Positions 52,348-61,300 of a stretch of 64,000 nucleotides of DNA are shown here, one piece after another; the stretch's first letter is position 1, and each line of letters begins with the position of its first letter. The position numbers were made by a program, and so were the translations under genes. The stretch comes from Paraphysomonas bandaiensis. Taxonomy: Eukaryota; Protista; Chrysophyceae. Location: positions 18,792 to 82,791 of the forward strand of contig CBFFRP010000655.1 in assembly GCA_965644295.1 (NCBI GenBank), in the 5' to 3' direction. Below the pieces are notes generated by a model, which was given only the letters and a program-made list of their open reading frames with translations, was not told the origin of the DNA and did not search any database.

Positions 52348-55300
52348 ATGATAATACATAATTTTATGTTGAGCATATGTATAGTGGTGCTTACATTTAT
52401 TGTTAGCGTTGCTGCCATGGATGTTCCATACTTGAATACGAGCGATGTAACATGTATTTCTCATTCCAGTGACGTATTGCGAGATAGCCGCAACGGCACC
52501 AATTCGACATGTATGTATTTAACACTTGTAGATCAGTTTGGCGACGGCTGGGGTGATAATTCGTCACTTATATACTGGGCAACCGTTAATGGTGAAGACA
52601 GTAATATCGTGTACTTGAATTTATCCTGCAACTGCACTAAGATGATTGGATGTGTACCTGCCTTTGAGGCTAATACGGAGCAAATGTTTCACTTCCACTT
52701 TGACACAGGTGGTCGGACACCGGACTACTTCTGGGAAATTCAGTGGACAGTTCAGCTAATAGAAAATGGTGTATGGGGCAACAAATATTATGGTGGCTAC
52801 AACACAACGATGTCATTCGAATATTCTTATGTGTTTGATACCTTCACTGCGCTTTGGCTTCAAAATACGCTTGTCCACCCCGAAAATTGCGACGCGGGCG
52901 TCAACTCCTATAGTCCTATGGTCCTTACTGAATCATTTTTACAGAACTGGTATGGCAATGATACTGACGTTTACGAGCGGTACAGTACACCCGAAGACAG
53001 TACGGGTTATCTGAGTAGTGCGTGGTACATCACCAGTGCAACCAACAGATCTATTTTGTATGGATTCAGCCAGCCTGCTTGCGAGGAGCTTGGTGCAAAT
53101 TACTCCTACACTAGCTGTTTGGAGGATGGAGAATATATATTCCGCTCTACTGGATACTGTGACCCCTTATCTATGAATTTCACTTGGTGGTTTTGCGGTG
53201 TGACGGCTGAAGGGCTCTTACATATGGAATTCAATGTCGTTGACGGAGAGTGCTACCCCGTAAGTAATGGCACGAATATTGAGGTGTGTGAAGGTGATGG
53301 AAGTGGGGAAGATTCAACCGCTGTTACAACTTCTACTCTTTCGTGTTATTCTGATGACGAACTGCCCACTTTAGCCTCCAACGCTACGTGTTTGTATGTT
53401 ACTCTCCTTGATCAATTCGGAGATGGCTTTTCGGAAGACACCGGCTTTTACCACTGGACCACTGTGAATGGCGAAGAGGGGACGGTTGAATCTTATTCCC
53501 TCTCTTGTGACTGCAATAAACGAGTAGGGTGTGTCGAACCAGTAGCAGGTGATCACATGACCTACTTCACTCTTGAAGCTTTTGATGATAATGGGGCAAG
53601 TATATTACCTACACAATACTGGGAGATGCATTGGTCAGTTCAGATAGTTGAGTCTGGAGTGCTTAAACAGAAATTCTACGGTGGATACAACACAACAATG
53701 GTGTTCGAGTACACTGATGGATCGTATGCACTGGAGTACCACGAAAGGCTTTGGAATTTTCCCGATGGGTGTACTGATTGTCAGAGAACTGCTGGAGATG
53801 GAACTATATCCTATGATAACTTTGTGCAGCACGTGTCTGGGAATGGTGCTTCTAGCAGTTATGGTAATGAATCTACATCTGATTTTTTACAGACAGGATG
53901 GTATATCTCTGACGTATCCAGATCTCACTTATATGCTTTTGGTAAACCATGGTGCGATATGTCCCAAACTAATGAAGCATCCTGTGTGGCCTGTCTGGCC
54001 GACGGAGAGTACATATATCGTTCAACCGGTGCTTACGACCCTGTTGGTCACGAAGCACAGTTTGAATTCTGTGGGATAGTTGGAAATATTACTGATGAAG
54101 TTAGATTCCGCATTGTTGATGGTGTGTGTTATCCAATTGCTAATGGGGATGTGTCAGAAGTATGCGCGGACACGTTGACATCCAAACCTACATCGAGCCC
54201 CACTCCAGCACCTACGGACGCTCCAACAAGCAGCCCGAGTATTGCTCCTACTGCGAATCCAACTCGTATTCCTACTAACAGTCCAACGTGCTCTCCCACC
54301 TCACTTCCTACTTTCAATCCAACGAAAGATCCCACTCAGTCACCCACTTCTGTTCCCACGTTGCACCCAACTCTTTTTCCTACAACTAATCCCACTCCAA
54401 ACCCTACCCTAAATCCGACTGAATCCCCAACAGTGGCGCCCACTTTTGTTCCCACTGCATCTCCATCAGTGAAGCCGTCTGTTAGTCCCACGATGGCGAC
54501 AACTATTAGCATTACTCCAGAACTTGAATGTTATCCCAACCCTGGACCGGAACCTTTAGGAGACAACGAAACTTGTTTATATGTAAGTCTAGTTGACCAA
54601 TTTGGAGATGGATGGCCGGGGAATGTGAGCTACATGTACTGGGTGGAATCCCAAGGAGTTGTATCGAACTTAATATATCACGAACTGCCGAACTGTGACT
54701 GCACAAGAGTTCTGGGATGTATACACCCAACAGATTTGAACAGCGATCTTCGATTTTATATGACTGTAGATGCTGTTGATGAAAACGGTGAGTCATATAT
54801 TCCTGCCAAAGCATGGGAGATCCATTGGACTGTTCAAATTGTCGAACGTTCAGTATTGAAAGAAAAGTATTATGGTGGGTTTAATACAAGTCTAAGTTTT
54901 GGGTATTCTCGTGCAGAGGAGACATTTGAGTTGGTATGGTGGGAGAATCTATGGACTGTTCCTGAAGTGTGCAATCCTTGTGAAGATTCATCATCTGGTG
55001 TGATGTCTTTCGGAGACTTCCTCGAGGATGTTGTTGTAGCTGGGAGTAGTAGTGTTGGAAGTTTCGGTGAGGAGGAGTATTATACCCAGACAGCTTGGTA
55101 CGTTACTGATGATGAGGGTTTAAATTTGTTTGCCTATGGCGAACCCTTTTGTCGGGATGATGATGATATTTATGATTTAGCGGGTTGTCTCTCTGGCTTG
55201 CAAGATGGATCGTACGTTCTTCGTACAACAGGAGCTAGAGATCCTGAGGGGGGAGATTCGATGATTGAATATTGTGGGGTGGTAGCTTTTGCTACAGATG

Positions 55301-58300
55301 AAATTAATTTCGTTATTGAGGATAGTCAGTGTCAAGTTGGTCTTTATGGCGATGTCAGTCAAGTGTGTGATGGTCTCACTGCACGACCATCTGGCAGCCC
55401 AACTACGCGCCCAACTGTACAGCCTACTCTTTCTCCAACGCCAGTACCGACATCTCTTCCCACTATTCCACCAACTGGCTCGCCCACGTTGTCACCAACT
55501 TTTTCGCCCACAAGGAAGCCCACAAGTTCTCCAACCAGTAAACCTACGAGGAAGCCTACATTGGCCCCAACCAGTAAACCTACAGCTTCCCCTACATTTA
55601 TTCCCACGGTGAGACCCTCGAGGGATCCCACCCATGCTCCCACAAGAGCACCAACTGTGCGGCCCACCTTTTCTCCTACGACAGACCCTACCGGGCAACC
55701 AACAGGTGTTCCGACAGAGTTAGGTACGCCGTACGTGGAGAGTGACCTGATGTGCAAAGATAAATGTAATATAGATCTTCTCGAATACGAAGGAGGCAAC
55801 TCAACTTTAAATGGCACATGTCTTTCTGTTACCTTGCTTGACCAGTTCGGTGACGGTTGGTCTGGGGCAGAGTTCTTCTACTGGGTTCAAATAAATGACG
55901 ACTACACTACTCTTTTCAATATAACCGTGGACTGTAATTGTACAATGATAGCGGGTTGTATTTATCCTTCAGATTTGAACATCGATCAGCTATATCATAT
56001 GACAGTGGATGCTGTTGATGATAACGGTGATTCATACGTACCGGCCTATCCATGGGAGATCCATTGGACAGTTCAGATAGTTGAGGACGGTGTGTATATG
56101 GATAAGTATTATGGCGGATTCAACACGAGTATGACTTTTGAGTATTCTCGCGCGGAGGAGACATATGATTTGGTATGGTGGGAGAATCTATGGTCATACC
56201 CTGAGGCATGTGAAGGGTGTAACGATTTGAGTGGTGGGGGTATAACCTTTAACGATTTCCTTGATAGCGTGTTGCATACTGGTTCCGAGAGTGAAGGTAG
56301 CTATGGTAATGTTTCTCTACCTGACTACATTCAATCTGCTTGGTACATCACGGACTCCACGAGGACTACTCTTCACTCATATGCGGAGCCTTTTTGCGGG
56401 GGTGGTAATGGTAGTATTGAAGTATGTGGTTCATGTTTGGAGGATGGTGAATATGTTTTCCGTGCTACAGGTGTATGTGATGATGATAGTGGTGATGTAA
56501 CTTGGGAGTTCTGCGGTGTGTCTGGTGGTGCACAGGACCAGTTGTTGTTTACTATAGTGAATGGTGATTGTCATCCTGGTCCATATGGATCTGTCGATGG
56601 TGTATGTGCCGACGATACGACGTCATTCCCAACTAGTGTACCAAGTTCAGTACCGTCTGTAGTCCCCACTGGATTTCCAACATCAATTCCGACATCAGCA
56701 CCTACAGCGGTCCCAACATTAGTTCCGACATCATCCCCAACTGGTGTACCAACAAGTCTTCCAACAAGTACCCCAACTTCGGTTCCAACTTCATCTCCGA
56801 CATCTATTCCAACATTGATTCCCACATCTACCCCAACAAGTGCACCGACAAGTTATCCAACAGGTGTTCCTACATCACTGCCAACGTCAGTTCCTACTAG
56901 CGCCCCTACCTCGAACCCGACTGCAATTCCTACTTCGTCCCCAACTGGTGTTCCTACACGTGTACCTACGGTATCACCAACGAGTATACCAACATCACTT
57001 CCCAGCAGTATGCCGTCATCAGTCCCTACTGAACTTGGAACGGTGAATCTTGTTCCGGAGCTGGAATGCTATCCTAACCCTGGGCCGGATCTCTTAGGAA
57101 ACAATGATACTTGTTTGTATGTGACTTTAGTTGACCAGTTTGGAGATGGCTGGTCGGAGAATGTGAGCTATATGTACTGGGTTCAGATACGAGATGAATA
57201 TTCGAATGTGGTGATGCACACTCTTCCTGACTGTGGGTGTGCGAAAATGATGGGGTGTATCCATCCATCTGATTTGAACTTGGATCAGCTGTATCACATG
57301 ACTGTGGATGCTGTTGATGAAAATGGTGCGTCGTACATTCCAAGCAATGCTTGGGAGATCCATTGGAGCGTTCAAATTGTCGAGGATGGTGAGTATAAGG
57401 AAAAGTATTATGGTGGTTTCAATACAAGTCTTACTTTTGAGTATTCTCGTGCGGAGGAGACGTATGAGTTGGTATGGTGGGAGAATCTATGGACTGTTCC
57501 TGAAGTGTGCAATCCTTGTGAAGATTCATCATCTGGTGTGATGTCTTTCGGAGACTTCCTCGAGGATGTTGTTGTAGCTGGAAGTAGTAGTGTTGGAAGT
57601 TTCGGTGAGGAGGAGTATTATACCCAGACAACTTGGTACGTAACTGATGTGGATGGTATTGCATTGTACGCCTATGGGGAACCCTATTGTGGTGATGGTG
57701 ACGATGATGATTTGACGGCATGCTTATCTGGCTTAGCGGATGGTGTTTATATCTTGCGTCACACTGGCATCTGTGATTCCAATCGGGATACTGTTACTTG
57801 GTCGTATTGTGGTGTGTCTGGGAATGCACAGGACGAGTTGGAGTTTGTCATTAGCAGTGGGGCATGTCACCCTGGTCCATATGGTGATGTGGTTGCTGTG
57901 TGTAATGATACGACGACATCGAACCCTACCTCTGTACCGACCTCTGTTCCTTCTGCACTTCCAACATCTTCGCCAACTTCAGTACCAACATCGTTTCCTA
58001 CGGCAGCACCCACTGGAGTGCCAACAGCGGTGCCAACTGGCATTCCGACTTCGATTCCTAGCAGTGCTCCGACATCTGTTCCGACTTCTCTTCCAACATC
58101 ATCTCCAACATCCGTTCCAACCGGTGTACCCAGTAGTACACCAACAGGAAGGCCAACATCAATACCAACAGCTGTTCCAACTTCGTCTCCTACAAGTGTT
58201 CCATCAAGTGCACCAACGTCAATGCCATCTGCTGTGCCGACATCGATACCATCTTCCTCCCCAACATCACTACCAACAGCGTTCCCGACCTCTGTTCCGA

Positions 58301-61300
58301 CATCATTGCCAACAGGTGTTCCTACTTCTGTTCCGACATCGTCTCCAACTTCAGTTCCCACCTCTGTACCGACATCTGCACCGACAGCCGTTCCAACAGG
58401 GGTTCCAAGTGGTCAGCCTACATCTGTTCCAACTGAGCTTGGTACCCCCAATCCTGATCATGATATGATGTGTTATGACGAATGTACTCTGTATACGGAT
58501 CATGTAGTCAATCCCATAGTCAATAATACGGTCAATGGTACTTGTCTTTTTGTAACCTTGCTTGACCAGTTCGGCGACGGTTGGTCAGGAGCAAATTTCA
58601 GTTATTGGGTTCAAATCCGTGATGAGGATAGTGAATTGACAGAATTCACATTGGATTGTAATTGTACAATAATTGCGGGTTGTATTTATCCTTCAGATTT
58701 GAACATCGATCAGCAATATCATATGACAGTGGATGCTGTTGATGATAACGGTGATTCATACGTACCGGCCTATCCATGGGAGATCCATTGGACAGTTCAG
58801 ATAGTTGAGGACGGTGTGTATATGGATAAGTATTATGGCGGATTCAACACGAGTATGACTTTTGAGTATTCTCGTGCGGAGGAGACATATGATTTGGTAT
58901 GGTGGGAGAATCTATGGTCATACCCTGAGGCATGTGAAGGGTGTAACGATTTGAGTGGTGGGGGTATAACCTTTAACGATTTCCTTGATAGCGTGGTGCA
59001 TACTGGTTCCGAGAGTGAAGGTAGCTATGGTAATGTTTCTCTACCTGACTACATTCAATCTGCTTGGTACATCACGGACTCCACGAGGACTACTCTTCAC
59101 TCATATGCGGAGCCTTTTTGCGGGGGTGGTAATGGTAGTATTGAAGTATGTGGTTCATGTTTGGAGGATGGTGAATATGTTTTCCGTGCTACAGGTGTAT
59201 GTGATGATGATAGTGGTGATGTAACTTGGGAGTTCTGCGGTGTGTCTGGTGGCGCACAGGACCAGTTGTTGTTTACTATAGTGAATGGTGATTGTCATCC
59301 TGGTCCATATGGATCTGTCGATGGTGTATGTGCCGACGATACGACGTCATTCCCAACCAGTGTACCAAGTTCAGTACCGTCTGTAGTCCCCACTGGATTT
59401 CCAACATCAATTCCGACATCAGCACCTACAGCGGTCCCAACATTAGTTCCGACATCATCCCCAACTGGTGTACCAACAAGTCTTCCAACAAGTACCCCAA
59501 CTTCGGTTCCAACTTCATCTCCGACATCTATTCCAACATTGATTCCCACATCTACCCCAACAAGTGCACCGACAAGTTATCCAACAGGTGTTCCTACATC
59601 ACTGCCAACGTCAGTTCCTACTAGCGCCCCTACCTCGAACCCGACTGCAATTCCTACTTCGTCCCCAACTGGTGTTCCTACACGTGTACCTACGGCATCA
59701 CCAACGAGTATACCAACATCACTGCCCAGCAGTATGCCGTCATCAGTCCCTACTGAACTTGGAACGGTGAATCTTGTTCCGGAGCTGGAATGCTATCCTA
59801 ACCCTGGGCCGGATCCCTTAGGAAACAATGATACTTGTTTGTATGTGACTTTAGTTGACCAGTTTGGAGATGGCTGGTCGGAGAATGTGAGCTATATGTA
59901 CTGGGTTCAGATACGAGATGAATATTCGAATGTGGTGATGCACACTCTTCCTGACTGTGGGTGTGCGAAAATGATGGGGTGTATCCATCCATCTGATTTG
60001 AACTTGGATCAGCTGTATCACATGACTGTGGATGCTGTTGATGAAAATGGTGCGTCGTACATTCCAAGCAATGCTTGGGAGATCCATTGGAGTGTTCAAA
60101 TTGTCGAGGATGGTGAGTATAAGGAAAAGTATTATGGTGGTTTCAATACAAGTCTTACTTTTGAGTATTCTCGTGCGGAGGAGACGTATGAGTTGGTATG
60201 GTGGGAGAATCTATGGACTGTTCCTGAAGTGTGCAATCCTTGTGAAGATTCATCATCTGGTGTGATGTCTTTCGGAGACTTCCTCGAGGATGTTGTTGTA
60301 GCTGGAAGTAGTAGTGTTGGAAGTTTCGGTGAGGAGGAGTATTATACCCAGACAACTTGGTACGTAACTGATGTGGATGGTATTGCATTGTACGCCTATG
60401 GGGAACCCTATTGTGGTGATGGTGACGATGATGATTTGACGGCATGCTTATCTGGCTTAGCGGATGGTGTTTATATCTTGCGTCACACTGGCATCTGTGA
60501 TTCCAATCGGGATACTGTTACTTGGTCGTATTGTGGTGTGTCTGGGAATGCACAGGACGAGTTGGAGTTTGTCATTAGCAGTGGGGCATGTCACCCTGGT
60601 CCATATGGTGATGTGGTTGCTGTGTGTAATGATACGACGACATCGAACCCGACCTCTGTACCGACCTCTGTTCCTTCTGCACTTCCAACATCTTCGCCAA
60701 CTTCAGTACCAACATCGTTTCCTACGGCAGCACCCACTGGAGTGCCAACAGCGGTGCCAACTGGCATTCCGACTTCGATTCCTAGCAGTGCTCCGACATC
60801 TGTTCCGACTTCTCTTCCAACATCATCTCCAACATCCGTTCCAACCGGTGTACCCAGTAGTACACCAACAGGAAGGCCAACATCAATACCAACAGCTGTT
60901 CCAACTTCGTCTCCTACAAGTGTTCCATCAAGTGCACCAACGTCAATGCCATCTGCTGTGCCGACATCGATACCATCTTCCTCCCCAACATCACTACCAA
61001 CAGCGTTCCCGACCTCTGTTCCGACATCATTGCCAACAGGTGTTCCTACTTCTGTTCCGACATCGTCTCCAACTTCAGTTCCCACCTCTGTACCGACATC
61101 TGCACCGACAGCCGTTCCAACAGGGGTTCCAAGTGGTCAGCCTACATCTGTTCCAACTGAGCTTGGTACCCCCAATCCTGATCATGATATGATGTGTTAT
61201 GACGAATGTACTCTGTATACGGATCATGTAGTCAATCCCATAGTCAATAATACGGTCAATGGTACTTGTCTTTTTGTAACCTTGCTTGACCAGTTCGGCG

